From: Bacillales bacterium UBA6449 | Lineage (GTDB): Bacteria; Bacillota_I; Bacilli_A; RFN20; CAG-288 | Assembly: GCA_002437105.1 (NCBI GenBank) | Contig: DJOB01000004.1 | Location: 43,082 to 107,081, forward strand | Reading direction: 5' to 3' | Length of the DNA stretch: 64,000 nucleotides | Part shown: in pieces, positions 18,180-28,770 of the stretch | Layout: each line of letters begins with the position of its first letter | How positions within the stretch are numbered: position 1 is the stretch's first letter | Translations under genes and position numbers: made by a program | Notes under the pieces: generated by a model | Seen by the model: only the letters and a program-made list of their open reading frames with translations | Database searches by the model: none | What the model was told of the DNA's origin: nothing

Positions 18180-18608
18180 GTGAAGAAAATCCTACGCACC
18201 ATGACCATCACGGCCATGGCTGGACAGGCTAGCCCTGCCAAGCTGGGACAGAAGCTCGGTCCCTTCGGAATCGGCGCCAAGTTCTGCCAGAAGTTCAATG
18301 CAGAGACTGCCGACCGCAAGGGTGAGCTCGTCCCCTGCATCCTCACCATCTATGAGGATCGCACCTTCGACACCGTTCTTAAGACCACTCCTGTCTTCTT
18401 CCTTCTGAAGAAGGCTGCCAAGATCGAAAAGGGCGCTGCCACTCACACTGCCCCCATCGCTCACGTCTCGTATGACGAGGTCGTCAAGATCGCTAAGTAC
18501 AAGCTTCCCGATCTGAACGTCACCAGCGAGCAGGCTGCTATCAACTGCGTGTTGGGAACAGCCAAGTCTATGGGTATCGCCATCGATGGCGTTCCCGCAG
18601 CTAAGTAG
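18180..18608 (+). CDS. rplK: 50S ribosomal protein L11 (diverged N-terminal domain)
   Basis: GTG start after GGAGG. FCQKFNAETADRKGELVPCILTIYEDRTFDTVLKTTPVFFLLKKAAKIEKGA matches uL11. The usual PPVGPALG motif is replaced by AKLGQKLGPFG. Confidence 0.85.
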   Translation: MKKILRTMTITAMAGQASPAKLGQKLGPFGIGAKFCQKFNAETADRKGELVPCILTIYEDRTFDTVLKTTPVFFLLKKAAKIEKGAATHTAPIAHVSYDEVVKIAKYKLPDLNVTSEQAAINCVLGTAKSMGIAIDGVPAAK

Positions 18609-18624
18609 AGGGAGGTAAGAGAGA

Positions 18625-19317
18625 ATGGCTAAGAAGAGAAGCAAGGGCTATCGTGCCGCGGCTGCTCAGGTCGTTGTAGGCAAGCCCTACACCGTCGCTG
18701 AGGCTGCTACCCTGGTCAAGAAGACCTCGCCTGTCAAATTCGATGCGTCCGTCGACCTCGCGTTCAAGCTGAACCTCGATACCAAGCAGGCCGATCAGCA
18801 GCTCAGAGGCACCATCACCCTGCCCCATGGAAACGGTAAGACCAAGAAGATCCTGGCTCTCACCCGCTCCAAGCAGGAGGAGGCCAAGGCTGCCGGCGCT
18901 GACTTCGTCGGCGATGTCGACATGCTGGAGAAGATCCAGAAGGAGAATTGGTTCGGGTTCGACGTCATCGTCGCTACCCCCGATATGATGGGTCAGATCG
19001 GTCGTCTGGGTCGTGTGCTCGGTCCTAAGGGACTGATGCCCAACCCTAAGACCGGAACTGTCACCCCCAATATCGGACAGGCTGTCAAGGAGATCAAGGC
19101 CGGTAAGGTCGAGTACCGTACCGACAAGGATGGAAACGTCCAGCTCTCCGTCGGCAAGGTGTCCTTCTCCGAGCAGTTCCTGGCGGACAATATCAACGCT
19201 GTCATCAGCTTGATCCAGTCCGTCAAGCCTCTGTCCGTCAAGGGCGTCTACATCCACTCCATCCACGTCTCCAGCACCATGGGACCCTCCGTCAAGATCG
19301 CTGTTTCTACCAAGTAG
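18625..19317 (+). CDS. rplA: 50S ribosomal protein L1
   Basis: [52 protein letters not shown]... Confidence 0.95.
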   Translation: MAKKRSKGYRAAAAQVVVGKPYTVAEAATLVKKTSPVKFDASVDLAFKLNLDTKQADQQLRGTITLPHGNGKTKKILALTRSKQEEAKAAGADFVGDVDMLEKIQKENWFGFDVIVATPDMMGQIGRLGRVLGPKGLMPNPKTGTVTPNIGQAVKEIKAGKVEYRTDKDGNVQLSVGKVSFSEQFLADNINAVISLIQSVKPLSVKGVYIHSIHVSSTMGPSVKIAVSTK

Positions 19318-19471
19318 TCGATCCGTCACAATAACTGGGCACATCAGCGTACCTAAGACGGCAGCGGCCACCAGGCTTAATCAGCTGCTCAGGAAGCTAA
19401 ACTACGTCGAAAAAGTATGTTGTTTGCCATAGTAGGTACGATACGATGCGAAAAGATTCAGGAGGTCGGAA

Positions 19472-20002
19472 ATGAATCCCAAGACTCTAGAGGCCAAGAA
19501 GGCCAGAGTAGCGGAGCTCAAGGAGCGTCTCCAGACTGCGAATTGCGTCCTGATCCTGTCCTATCAGGGACTGGACGTCAAGACCTTCACCAAGCTGCGT
19601 GAAGCTCTTCACCACGTCGAGGCTGACGGCAAGCCCGTCAAGGCCGGCGTCGAGGTGCGTAAGAACACCCTCGTGAAGCGCGCGCTTGAGGAAGTGAACG
19701 ATAAGGAGCTCGAAGGGCTTTTGACCGGTGCTAATGCGCTGATCACCTGCGATGATCCTCTCGCTTGTCTGAAGGCTGTCACTGAGTTCTGCGAGAAGAA
19801 CTCGAAGTTCGCCAAGATCAAGGGCGGACTCATCGAGCACGTCTTCATGAACCAGGAGAAGCTGGACGTTATCGGCGCCTGCGGCAGCCGCAATGGAATC
19901 TACTCCATGCTGCTGTCCGTACTCGAGGCCGGTATGCGCAACCTCGCTGTGGACGTGAAGATGATCGCCGAGAAGAAGCAGGCCGAGCAGCCTGCTGCCT
20001 AG
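19472..20002 (+). CDS. rplJ: 50S ribosomal protein L10
   Basis: [46 protein letters not shown]... Confidence 0.9.
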   Translation: MNPKTLEAKKARVAELKERLQTANCVLILSYQGLDVKTFTKLREALHHVEADGKPVKAGVEVRKNTLVKRALEEVNDKELEGLLTGANALITCDDPLACLKAVTEFCEKNSKFAKIKGGLIEHVFMNQEKLDVIGACGSRNGIYSMLLSVLEAGMRNLAVDVKMIAEKKQAEQPAA

Positions 20003-20036
20003 TCGCTGTAGTATTGCCATCGGAGGTAAATGCAAA

Positions 20037-20405
20037 ATGGCTAAGATTGCTAAGGAAGATATCATCGCTTCTCTCAAGGAGTACACCGTTGTCGAGCTGT
20101 TCGACTTGGTGAAGGCTATTGAGACTGAGTTCGGTGTCAAGGCTGCGGCCGCTGTCGCTGCTGCTCCCGCTGCTGCTAAGGCTGCTGAGGGACCCAGCGA
20201 GGTCACTGTCTCCGTCACCGCTTTCTCCGGCTCCAAGGTCGCTGTCATCAAGGCTGTCCAGGGTATCACCGGTCTGGGACTGATGGATGCCAAGAAGCTG
20301 ATCGATACTCTCCCTGCCAAGATCAAGGAGAAGGTCTCTCCCGCGGAGGCCGACGAGATCAAGAAGAAGCTCGAGGCGGCTTCTTGCACTGTCGAAGTCA
20401 AGTAG
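20037..20405 (+). CDS. rplL: 50S ribosomal protein L7/L12
   Basis: [34 protein letters not shown], an Ala-rich hinge, and a C-terminal domain ending ...[19 protein letters not shown]. Confidence 0.92.
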   Translation: MAKIAKEDIIASLKEYTVVELFDLVKAIETEFGVKAAAAVAAAPAAAKAAEGPSEVTVSVTAFSGSKVAVIKAVQGITGLGLMDAKKLIDTLPAKIKEKVSPAEADEIKKKLEAASCTVEVK

Positions 20406-20431
20406 TCTCTCTGTTCGCCTATTAGGTTTCC

Positions 20432-20466
20432 ACCCGCTTCCGACACCTGTCGCCAGCGGGTTTTGT
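20432..20466 (+). terminator. Weak hairpin plus U-tract in the rplL-rpoB spacer, a candidate partial terminator or attenuator
   Basis: ACCCGCT, 16-nt loop, AGCGGGT, then TTTTGT. This would be analogous to the known partial terminator between rplL and rpoB in other bacteria. Confidence 0.3.
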
Positions 20467-20581
20467 CGCCATTGGAAACCCCTAGTGCTGACCCGTGGGC
20501 ATCGTAGTGCATGGCGATCGCTCACCTCTCAGCCGTATTGATAACCTTACCTGAATCAGATGAAAGAGAAAGGTTCCCGCG

Positions 20582-23500
20582 ATGGAGAATAATCAAATTA
20601 GAGAGCAGCTCGACGAGCTGACCAAGGATTATCGTCGCCTCAATAATGGGCGTATCGATTTCGCGAAGGTCAGCGGAACTGCGGATCTGCCTAACCTCTG
20701 TGAGGTTCAGACAGCGTCTTTCGAGGATTTCATCAACCACGGTATCGAGGAGGAGTTCGAGAACTTCTTCCCGATCGGATCGATCGATCCCAAGCTGAAG
20801 GCGGAGAAATCCCAGAACGATCAGAAGGAGATCTTCCTCGAGTATGTCCCCCACAGCATCCACTGGGAGGACCCCGAGCCCGCTGATCCCAACGATGCGC
20901 GCAATCGGAATACCACCTATGCGCGGAAGCTGAAAGCCACCCTGCGGCTTCGTACCCCTGACGGCAAGATCACCGAGGAGTCCGTCTTCTTTGGCGATAT
21001 TCCGGCCATGACCGATTCCGGCACCTTCATCATCCACGGCGCCGAGCGCTGCATCGTCTCCCAGATCGTCCGTTCCCCCGGAGCTTACGTCTCCCTCGAG
21101 AACGATGAGAAGGTCGGTAAGGTCTACGGAGCCAGCATCATCCCCCAGCGGGGTACCTGGCTCGAGTTCGAGACCGATGCCAAGGGCAACATCAACGTCC
21201 GTATCGATAAGTCGAAGAAGGTCGCCTGCACTACTCTGCTCAGAGCTCTTGGTCTGACCGATAACGAGACTCTGGCGGAGATGTTCGGCACCTACTCCGA
21301 TAAGTTCAACGAGACCATCGAGCGGAATCCTCTGCCCGTCGGATACGAGAACAGAACCCCCTCTCAGATCTCGACCGACTACCTGATCGATATCTATCGG
21401 AGACTGCGTCCCGGAGAGCCCGTGAGCGATCTGGGTGCTATCTCCATGATGAAGAACAGATTCTTCAACCGCAAGCAGTACGACATGGGCCGGGCGGGCC
21501 GCTTCAAGCTGTCCGTCAAGCTCTCCGTCTACGAGAGGCTCGAGCGCCGGCCTGGCGAGGAGCTCTATCTGGCGGAGGATCTGGTCGATTCCTCCACTGG
21601 TGAGGTCGTCTTTGAAGCTGGCCACATGATCACTAAGGCCGATGTCGAGAAGCTGCGCGAGATGCACTTCTTCGAGAACGGCAACATGCAGTTCGACGGT
21701 ACAGATCCCGACTGCTTCTTCCACGTCAATACCGCGCTGGATGACCATGCGAAGATCAACATCGTCAAGGTGAGAAAGACTCCCGACGCCGACGGACCCG
21801 TCTACAACATCGTCGGTACCGATCTCAACCTGGACGTCTCCTATGTCACCCCCTCCGACATCTTCGCGGTCTTCTCCTACATGCTCAATATCATGGAGGG
21901 TATCGGTCAGCCTGACGATATCGATAACCTGGCTAACCGTCGCGTCAAGTGCGTGGGTGAGCTGGTCCAGGAGCACTTCAGAGCTGGACTCAACCGGATG
22001 GAGAAGAACCTGCGCGATCGTATGATCGCTCTGTACAAGCCCGATGGCGAGGCTCTCAAGCCCACCGCGGTTGTCAACGTCAAGCCCCTGACTGCCAACC
22101 TGAGCGACTTCTTCATGTCCTCGCAGCTGTCTCAGTTCATGGATCAGGTCAACCCCCTGTCCGCTCTGACCAACAAGCGGCGTCTGTCCGCTCTGGGTCC
22201 CGGTGGACTCTCGCGCGACCGTGCCTCCTTCGAGGTCCGCGATGTCCATCCCACCCACTACGGTAGGATCTGCCCCGTCGAGACTCCTGAAGGTCAGAAC
22301 GTCGGTCTGATCAACAACCTCTCCTGCTACGCCAAGATCGACCGCTACGGCTTCATCACCACTCCCTACCGTCCCGTCAAGGACGGCGTGATCGATCAGG
22401 ATCCTGACCATGTGGTCTACCTCTCTGCGGCGGATGAGATCGGACACATGATCGCCCAGGCGAACTGCAACATCGAGAAGATCGGTGGCAAGTCCTCGCG
22501 GATCACCGATCACCGTGTCGTCTGCCGTCACAACGGCGAGACGGTCACTGCCGATGTCGATCTGGTCGATCTGATCGATGTCTCGCCCAAGCAGATCCTC
22601 TCGATCGCTTCGGCCTGCATCCCCTTCCTCGAGAACGATGATACTTCCCGCGCTCTGCTGGGATCCAACATGGAGAGGCAGGCTCTGCCTCTGCTCAGAC
22701 CTCATGCTCCCTTCGTCGGAACCGGAATGGAGAACCGGATCGCGCGCGATTCCGGCGCCGCTCTGCTCGCTAAGGAGGACGGTGTCGTCACCTATGTCGA
22801 CTCCTCTCAGATCCGGACTAGGAATGCGCAGGGTGCTGAGCGCACCTATCTGCTGCGCAAGTTCCAGCGCTCCAACCAGAGCACCTGCATCAACCAGAAC
22901 GCCATCGTCAAGGAGGGTATGACCGTCCACAAGGGCGATATCATCGCGGATGGTCCCTCGATGGATCACGGCGATCTGGCGCTGGGTCAGAATTCGACCA
23001 TCGCCTTCATGACCTGGCACGGTTACGACTACGAGGATGCGGTCGTCATGAACGAGCAGCTGCGCCGCGACGATACCTTCACCTCCATCCACATCGATGA
23101 GTTCTCCATCGATCTCAGGAAGCGCAAGAACAATACCGGTGAAGAGATGTTCACCCGCGATGTTCCCGGCGTGAGCGACGAGGCTAAGAAGCACCTCGAT
23201 AAGGACGGTATCGTCATCGTCGGTACCGAGGTCAGAGAGGGTGATATCCTCGTCGGTAAGACCGTGCCGCGGGGCGAGGTCACCGAGACCAGCGAGGATA
23301 AACTGATGAAGGCTATCTTCGCCGATAAGAGCAAGGAGGGTCGGAACTGCTCGCTGCGCGTGCCGCACGGCTGTGGCGGTATCGTCCAGGCAGTGAAGAT
23401 CTTCCGGGCTGATCGCGGCGATGTCGTCCCCTCGAACGTCATCGAGGAGGTCAAGGTCTATATCGTTCAGAAGAGGAAGATCTCCGAGGGTGATAAGATG

Positions 23501-24436
23501 TCTGGACGTCACGGAAACAAGGGTGTCATCTCGAAGCTGGTGCCTCAGGAGGACATGCCCTATCTGCCCGATGGAACACCCGTCGATATCTGCCTCAACC
23601 CTCTGGGTGTCCCTTCCCGTATGAATATCGGACAGGTCATCGAGCTGCACCTCGGTGAGGCCTGCAAGCGGCTGGGCGGTATCAAGGTCGCTACCCCCGT
23701 CTTCGATGGTGTCAATGATGCCGAGCTCAGGAAGATGATGGAGATGTCCGGCATGACCCGGGACGGCAAGACCGTCGTGTACGATGGACAGACTGGAGAG
23801 CCCTTCGACTCTCGTATCGCGGTCGGTACCATGTACATGATCAAGCTGGACCACATGGTCGACGATAAGATGCACTCGAGAGCGATCGGCCCCTACTCTC
23901 TCGTCACGCAGCAGCCTCTGGGCGGAAAGGCTCAGAACGGCGGTCAGCGTTTCGGAGAGATGGAGGTCTGGGCTCTGGAGGCTTACGGAGCTTCCCACAT
24001 CCTTCAGGAGATGCTCACCAACAAGTCCGATGATATGACCGGAAGGAAGATGGCCTACTACGCGATGCTGAAGGGCGAGGATATCCCCGAGCCCTCCATG
24101 CCCGAAGCCTTCCGCGTCATGCTCAAGGAACTCCAGGGACTGGCGCTCGATGTCACCTTGCTCGACGAGAACAACAAGCCCCTCAACCCCGATACGGCGG
24201 TCGAGGATGCTAAGGAGATCCGTTCTGTCGAACACGATATGAAGGGACTCAGACCCGCCGATGAGGCTGACGCGGTGCGCCAGGTTAAAGGCGATGTCGA
24301 TATCTCGGCGCTGGCTGATGAGCAGTCCGCGCTGGACGAGCAGGGCGAGAGCTCTTCCATCGTCGATGCGAAGGAGTATGAGGATGAGCAGTCCGACCGC
24401 TCCGATGACGGCGCTCAGGATGAGAAGGAGGATTAA
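20582..24436 (+). CDS. rpoB: DNA-directed RNA polymerase subunit beta
   Basis: 1284 aa with conserved RpoB blocks throughout, for example GDKMSGRHGNKGVISK and NPLGVPSRMNIGQ. Confidence 0.98.
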   Translation: MENNQIREQLDELTKDYRRLNNGRIDFAKVSGTADLPNLCEVQTASFEDFINHGIEEEFENFFPIGSIDPKLKAEKSQNDQKEIFLEYVPHSIHWEDPEPADPNDARNRNTTYARKLKATLRLRTPDGKITEESVFFGDIPAMTDSGTFIIHGAERCIVSQIVRSPGAYVSLENDEKVGKVYGASIIPQRGTWLEFETDAKGNINVRIDKSKKVACTTLLRALGLTDNETLAEMFGTYSDKFNETIERNPLPVGYENRTPSQISTDYLIDIYRRLRPGEPVSDLGAISMMKNRFFNRKQYDMGRAGRFKLSVKLSVYERLERRPGEELYLAEDLVDSSTGEVVFEAGHMITKADVEKLREMHFFENGNMQFDGTDPDCFFHVNTALDDHAKINIVKVRKTPDADGPVYNIVGTDLNLDVSYVTPSDIFAVFSYMLNIMEGIGQPDDIDNLANRRVKCVGELVQEHFRAGLNRMEKNLRDRMIALYKPDGEALKPTAVVNVKPLTANLSDFFMSSQLSQFMDQVNPLSALTNKRRLSALGPGGLSRDRASFEVRDVHPTHYGRICPVETPEGQNVGLINNLSCYAKIDRYGFITTPYRPVKDGVIDQDPDHVVYLSAADEIGHMIAQANCNIEKIGGKSSRITDHRVVCRHNGETVTADVDLVDLIDVSPKQILSIASACIPFLENDDTSRALLGSNMERQALPLLRPHAPFVGTGMENRIARDSGAALLAKEDGVVTYVDSSQIRTRNAQGAERTYLLRKFQRSNQSTCINQNAIVKEGMTVHKGDIIADGPSMDHGDLALGQNSTIAFMTWHGYDYEDAVVMNEQLRRDDTFTSIHIDEFSIDLRKRKNNTGEEMFTRDVPGVSDEAKKHLDKDGIVIVGTEVREGDILVGKTVPRGEVTETSEDKLMKAIFADKSKEGRNCSLRVPHGCGGIVQAVKIFRADRGDVVPSNVIEEVKVYIVQKRKISEGDKMSGRHGNKGVISKLVPQEDMPYLPDGTPVDICLNPLGVPSRMNIGQVIELHLGEACKRLGGIKVATPVFDGVNDAELRKMMEMSGMTRDGKTVVYDGQTGEPFDSRIAVGTMYMIKLDHMVDDKMHSRAIGPYSLVTQQPLGGKAQNGGQRFGEMEVWALEAYGASHILQEMLTNKSDDMTGRKMAYYAMLKGEDIPEPSMPEAFRVMLKELQGLALDVTLLDENNKPLNPDTAVEDAKEIRSVEHDMKGLRPADEADAVRQVKGDVDISALADEQSALDEQGESSSIVDAKEYEDEQSDRSDDGAQDEKED

Positions 24437-24441
24437 TAAGG

Positions 24442-27400
24442 ATGTTTGATCTGAATAAACTCAAGAGCATCAAGATCCGTTTGGCCTCTCCCGAAACCAT
24501 TCGCGGATGGTCGTATGCGGAGACCCACGTGGGACCCGGTGCCGGTGAGGTTCTCAACTCTGAGACTATCAACTACCGTTCGCTCAAGCCCGAACCCGGA
24601 GGACTCTTCTGCCAGAAGATCTTCGGCCCCTCGAAGGATAATGAGTGCTACTGCGGCAAGTTCAAGAAGAGCCGCTATGCCGGTATCACCTGCGACCACT
24701 GCGGTGTCGAGGTCACATCGCGCACCGTCCGGCGCGAGAGGATGGGCTATATCAACCTGCCCATGCCCTGCGCCCACATCTGGTACGTCAAGGGCACGCC
24801 TTCCAAGATGGCTACTTTCTTGGGCATCTCGCCCAAGGATCTGGAGGAGGTTATCTACTTCCAGAGCCACATCGTGGTCAATCCTGGCAAGTGCGCGGTC
24901 CTGCACAAGATGGATGTCATCAGCGAGTCCAAGATGCAGGCCTACCTCAAGGGTATCTTCGAGGATATGGTCAAGCACGCGGACGACGGCATCGATGGCA
25001 ATCCTATCGATCCCCACGATCTGAACAAGATCAAGGGTTTCCTGCAGATCTTCAAGGATAACTATCCCACCCCCTTCGCCGAGATGTTCAGGATGCTCAA
25101 CCGCTACTACGGCACCGAGATCGACTGGGGTTCCGCTCCTATCAAGAAGCTGCTTCAGGAGGTCGATGTGCAGGCGGAGTATGCCAAGCTGAAGAAGGAG
25201 TTGGCTAACTTTAAGGGTGCCAACTCCTCTCAGGCTAAGGAGAAGCTGCTCAAGCGGCTGGATGTCGTCGGCTCGTTCGCCGAGAGCGGCAACCACCCCG
25301 AGTGGATGATCCTCGACTGCGTGCCCGTCATTCCCCCCGATCTGCGCCCCATGCTGCAGCTCGAGGGTGGCCGGACGGCCTGCTCCGATATCAACGTCCT
25401 CTACCAGAGACTGATCCAGCGCGTCCAGCGCCAGAAGCGTCTGGTCGAGGCCCGTGCGACCTCCGTCAGTATCGTCAACGAGAACCGCCTGCTGCAGGAG
25501 GCTCTCGATATGCTGATCGATAACGGTCGGCGCGGCAAGCCTTACACCAACAACTCTGGTCGTCCCTACAAGTCGCTCTCTGCGGCCCTCAAGGGTAAGC
25601 AGGGACGTTTCCGTCAGAACCTGCTCGGTAAGAGAGTCGATTACTCCGGCCGTAGCGTCATCTGCGTCGGCCCCTTCCTGCGGATGGACCAGTGCGGTCT
25701 GCCTCGCGAGATGGCTTTCGAGCTGTTCCGCCCCATCATCGAGGGTGAGCTGATCCGGAGGAACTATGTCGCCTCCCGCAGCCGCGCTTCCGAGCTGATC
25801 GATCGGCGCGATCCGCGCGCGCTGCAGATCCTCGAGGAGGTCGTTCCTCACCATCCCGTGCTGCTCAACCGCGCTCCGACGCTGCACCGTCTGGGAATCC
25901 AGGCCTTCCGGCCCGTTCTCGTCGATGGTCACGCGCTGCGTCTGCACCCCCTGGTCTGCCCCGGCTTCAACGCCGATTTCGATGGCGACCAGATGGCTAT
26001 CCACGTACCCCTGTCCAAGAAGGCTCAGCAGGAGGCCTTCGATCTGATGATCTCCACTAAGAACATCCTGTCCCCCAGGGATGCGACCGTGTTGGCGATC
26101 CCTGTCCAGGATGTCGATGTGGGTCACTTCTGGCTGACCAGCGAGACCGATCCCGAGGGATTCAGGATCCAGGCTGATCTCATCCGCGAGAATGGAAAGA
26201 CCATCGATGGTATCGCCCCCGAGGCGGAAGCGCAGGCGGCCAAGATGGCTTCCTACGCCAAGATGGATGGTCACGCCTATCGCAACTTCGATGAGGTCAT
26301 GCGCGCCCTCGATGCCAAGGTTCTGCACACCAACAACCGTATCGTGCTCCCTGTCTCCGCGCTGAACAAGAACGATATTCCCAACTACTTCACCGAGGCT
26401 CAGAAGCACAGCTACATCATCACGACGCCCGGCAAGCTGATCTTCAACAACATGTTCCCCAAGGACTTCCCCTACATCAACGATAGCCCCGCGCACATGG
26501 ACGAGAAGTATGCCCATACCAAGAGTGCGGATGAGCGCGATGTCTTCAAGCATCCCGATCCCTCCTGGTTCGTTCCCTTCGGCGAGAGCGTCGCTGAGCA
26601 CCTGAAGAACTGGCAGCCCACCGGCCCCGTCGACAAGAAGAACCTCGCCGCCATCATCAACAAGCTCGTCCATGTCTATGGCGTCAGGTCGACCGCGCTG
26701 CTCCTCGATCGCATCAAGGACACCGGTTACGATCAGTGCACCAAGATGGGACTCACCCTGTCGATCACCGATATCGATGCTCTGCCCGGCCGCGAGAAGT
26801 TCATCCAGGATGGATACCAGCAGGTCGAGGGTATCGAGGAGATGTACGACGAGGGTCTGATGACCGATAAGGAGAAGCACGATCAGATCGTCAAGGTCTG
26901 GACCGACGAGAAGGACGAGATGACCAAGGCCGTCAAGTCCTACATGAAGCTCAACCCCTACAACCACGTCTTCATGATGGCTAACTCCGGCGCCCGTGGA
27001 TCGGTCAACAACTTCGTTCAGCTGATCGGTATGCGTGGTGTGATGGCGGGTCCTAACAACACGACTCTGGAGATTCCTGTCACCGATAACTTCCGTCACG
27101 GTATGACTGTCAACGAGTACTTCATCGCTACTCACGGTGCCCGTAAGGGATCGACCGATACCGCTCTGAAGACCGCGGATTCCGGATATCTGACCCGGCG
27201 TCTGGTCGATGTCTCGCACTCCGTCGTCATCCGCGAGGAGGACTGCGGTGTCGATCACGGTTTCAAGGTCACCTCGATCTACACCAAGGATGGTAAGGAT
27301 GTCACTCTGCAGGCCAGCGCTGGCCAGCGGGCAGTCGGCAGATTCCTGGCGGCTGACCTCTACGATAAGGAGGGTCACCTCATCGGTAAGCGTAACCAGG

Positions 27401-28563
27401 AGGTCACCGAGGAGATGGGTCACGAGATCGATGCCAAGGGTATCGATTCTGTCGAGATCCGTTCCCTTCTCACCTGCCAGGCCAAGGAGGGCGTCTGCGT
27501 CAAGTGCTACGGACGCAACATGGCGACTGGCGAGATGTCCAAGAACGGCGATACCGTCGGTATCATGGCGGCTCAGTCGATCGGAGAGCCTGGTACTCAG
27601 CTGACGATGCGGACCTTCCACGAAGGTGGAACTGCCGGATCCGATATCACTCAGGGTCTTCCTCGTGTCCAGGAGCTTCTGGAGGTGAGGAACCCCAAGG
27701 GAGAAGCTACCATCTCTGATGTCGCTGGTAAGATCGTTGAGATCAAGGACGAGGAGAAGGAGAGCCACGGCAAGACCAAGCTGACCGGAAGAAAGGTCTT
27801 CGTCATCGAGAGTGCGAATGGTAATCGGGATCAGGTCGTCTCCGACACGGTCAATCCGAAGGTCATAGTCAACGTCGGCGACCAGATCGCTCCCGGTGCT
27901 CCTCTGACCTCCGGATCTATCGATCCCAAGAAGCTGCTCGAGTTCACCGATGTCTGGGAGGCGGCTAAGTACATCATCGCTGAGGTTCAGAAGGTCTATA
28001 ACGCTCAGAGCATTCACATCTCCGATAAGCACCTCGAGGTCATCGTCCGCGAGATGATCGGCAAGATCCTCGTCACCGATGGTGGAGATACCGATATCAT
28101 CCCCGGCACCAAGGTCGATACCCTCAGATTCACCGAGATCAACCAGAAGCAGTTCGAGCTGGGCAAGCGTCCGGCCGTCGGTCACCCGGTCATCCTGGGT
28201 GTCACCAAGGCCGCTCTGGATACCCGTTCGTTCCTGTCCTCCGCTTCCTTCCAGGAGACCACCAAGGTTCTTACCGATGCCGCAATCAAGGGCAAGGTGG
28301 ATAACCTGAGAGGTCTGAAGGAGAACGTGATGATCGGAAAGCTGATCCCGGCTGGTACCGGTGTCAACCCTCTGCCTGAGGATGAGGACTTCGTCCGGAA
28401 GGAGGAGGAGTCGCTGGACGATTTCAACCGGATCAAATCCGGTCTGACCGAGAGCGAGTTCTACGATGATGAGCTGGCTGAGAAGGAGCTTGACGACCCC
28501 GACTCCGCCGCTTATCCCGCCGCTCCCGCCCCCGCTTCGAACCCCGATTCCACCAACGCCTAG
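24442..28563 (+). CDS. rpoC: DNA-directed RNA polymerase subunit beta'
   Basis: 1373 aa. Zn-finger CYCGKFKKSRYAGITCDHCGVEV, catalytic NADFDGDQMAIHVP, and a trigger loop region. Confidence 0.98.
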   Translation: MFDLNKLKSIKIRLASPETIRGWSYAETHVGPGAGEVLNSETINYRSLKPEPGGLFCQKIFGPSKDNECYCGKFKKSRYAGITCDHCGVEVTSRTVRRERMGYINLPMPCAHIWYVKGTPSKMATFLGISPKDLEEVIYFQSHIVVNPGKCAVLHKMDVISESKMQAYLKGIFEDMVKHADDGIDGNPIDPHDLNKIKGFLQIFKDNYPTPFAEMFRMLNRYYGTEIDWGSAPIKKLLQEVDVQAEYAKLKKELANFKGANSSQAKEKLLKRLDVVGSFAESGNHPEWMILDCVPVIPPDLRPMLQLEGGRTACSDINVLYQRLIQRVQRQKRLVEARATSVSIVNENRLLQEALDMLIDNGRRGKPYTNNSGRPYKSLSAALKGKQGRFRQNLLGKRVDYSGRSVICVGPFLRMDQCGLPREMAFELFRPIIEGELIRRNYVASRSRASELIDRRDPRALQILEEVVPHHPVLLNRAPTLHRLGIQAFRPVLVDGHALRLHPLVCPGFNADFDGDQMAIHVPLSKKAQQEAFDLMISTKNILSPRDATVLAIPVQDVDVGHFWLTSETDPEGFRIQADLIRENGKTIDGIAPEAEAQAAKMASYAKMDGHAYRNFDEVMRALDAKVLHTNNRIVLPVSALNKNDIPNYFTEAQKHSYIITTPGKLIFNNMFPKDFPYINDSPAHMDEKYAHTKSADERDVFKHPDPSWFVPFGESVAEHLKNWQPTGPVDKKNLAAIINKLVHVYGVRSTALLLDRIKDTGYDQCTKMGLTLSITDIDALPGREKFIQDGYQQVEGIEEMYDEGLMTDKEKHDQIVKVWTDEKDEMTKAVKSYMKLNPYNHVFMMANSGARGSVNNFVQLIGMRGVMAGPNNTTLEIPVTDNFRHGMTVNEYFIATHGARKGSTDTALKTADSGYLTRRLVDVSHSVVIREEDCGVDHGFKVTSIYTKDGKDVTLQASAGQRAVGRFLAADLYDKEGHLIGKRNQEVTEEMGHEIDAKGIDSVEIRSLLTCQAKEGVCVKCYGRNMATGEMSKNGDTVGIMAAQSIGEPGTQLTMRTFHEGGTAGSDITQGLPRVQELLEVRNPKGEATISDVAGKIVEIKDEEKESHGKTKLTGRKVFVIESANGNRDQVVSDTVNPKVIVNVGDQIAPGAPLTSGSIDPKKLLEFTDVWEAAKYIIAEVQKVYNAQSIHISDKHLEVIVREMIGKILVTDGGDTDIIPGTKVDTLRFTEINQKQFELGKRPAVGHPVILGVTKAALDTRSFLSSASFQETTKVLTDAAIKGKVDNLRGLKENVMIGKLIPAGTGVNPLPEDEDFVRKEEESLDDFNRIKSGLTESEFYDDELAEKELDDPDSAAYPAAPAPASNPDSTNA

Positions 28564-28578
28564 TTCGATCCGCTGTCG

Positions 28579-28608
28579 AAGAGTCCCAGTCGTCTGGGAC
28601 TCTTTTTT
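28579..28608 (+). terminator. Intrinsic terminator after rpoC
   Basis: AAGAGTCCCAG-TCGT-CTGGGACTCTT followed by TTTT. Confidence 0.7.
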
Positions 28609-28770
28609 CATGCTTTCGATCCGGATCTCTCGTTTCCTTCAGCCGTTCTTTCCATTTTAAAGGTGTTTTAAAAGTGTTTTTACTCAAAGGGGAGTATAAG
28701 TTTATGCTGCGTTCGAGATGAGTCTTATAATCTCTCTTGCCGCGCATTTTAAATGCTCAGGAGGTTTCAG

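Noticed and set aside
18601-19371. 256-aa minus-strand ORF, and the 19487..20512 minus-strand ORF
   Set aside because: Antisense to rplA and to rplJ-rplL.
20522-24235. 1237-aa minus-strand ORF spanning almost all of rpoB
   Set aside because: It is antisense to a certain essential gene. The translated product is low-complexity (D/E/G/L/R-rich) with no motifs. Long stop-free antisense frames are expected opposite GC3-rich coding sequence.
24433-28611. 1392-aa minus-strand ORF spanning rpoC
   Set aside because: Same reasoning: antisense artefact of codon bias opposite rpoC.
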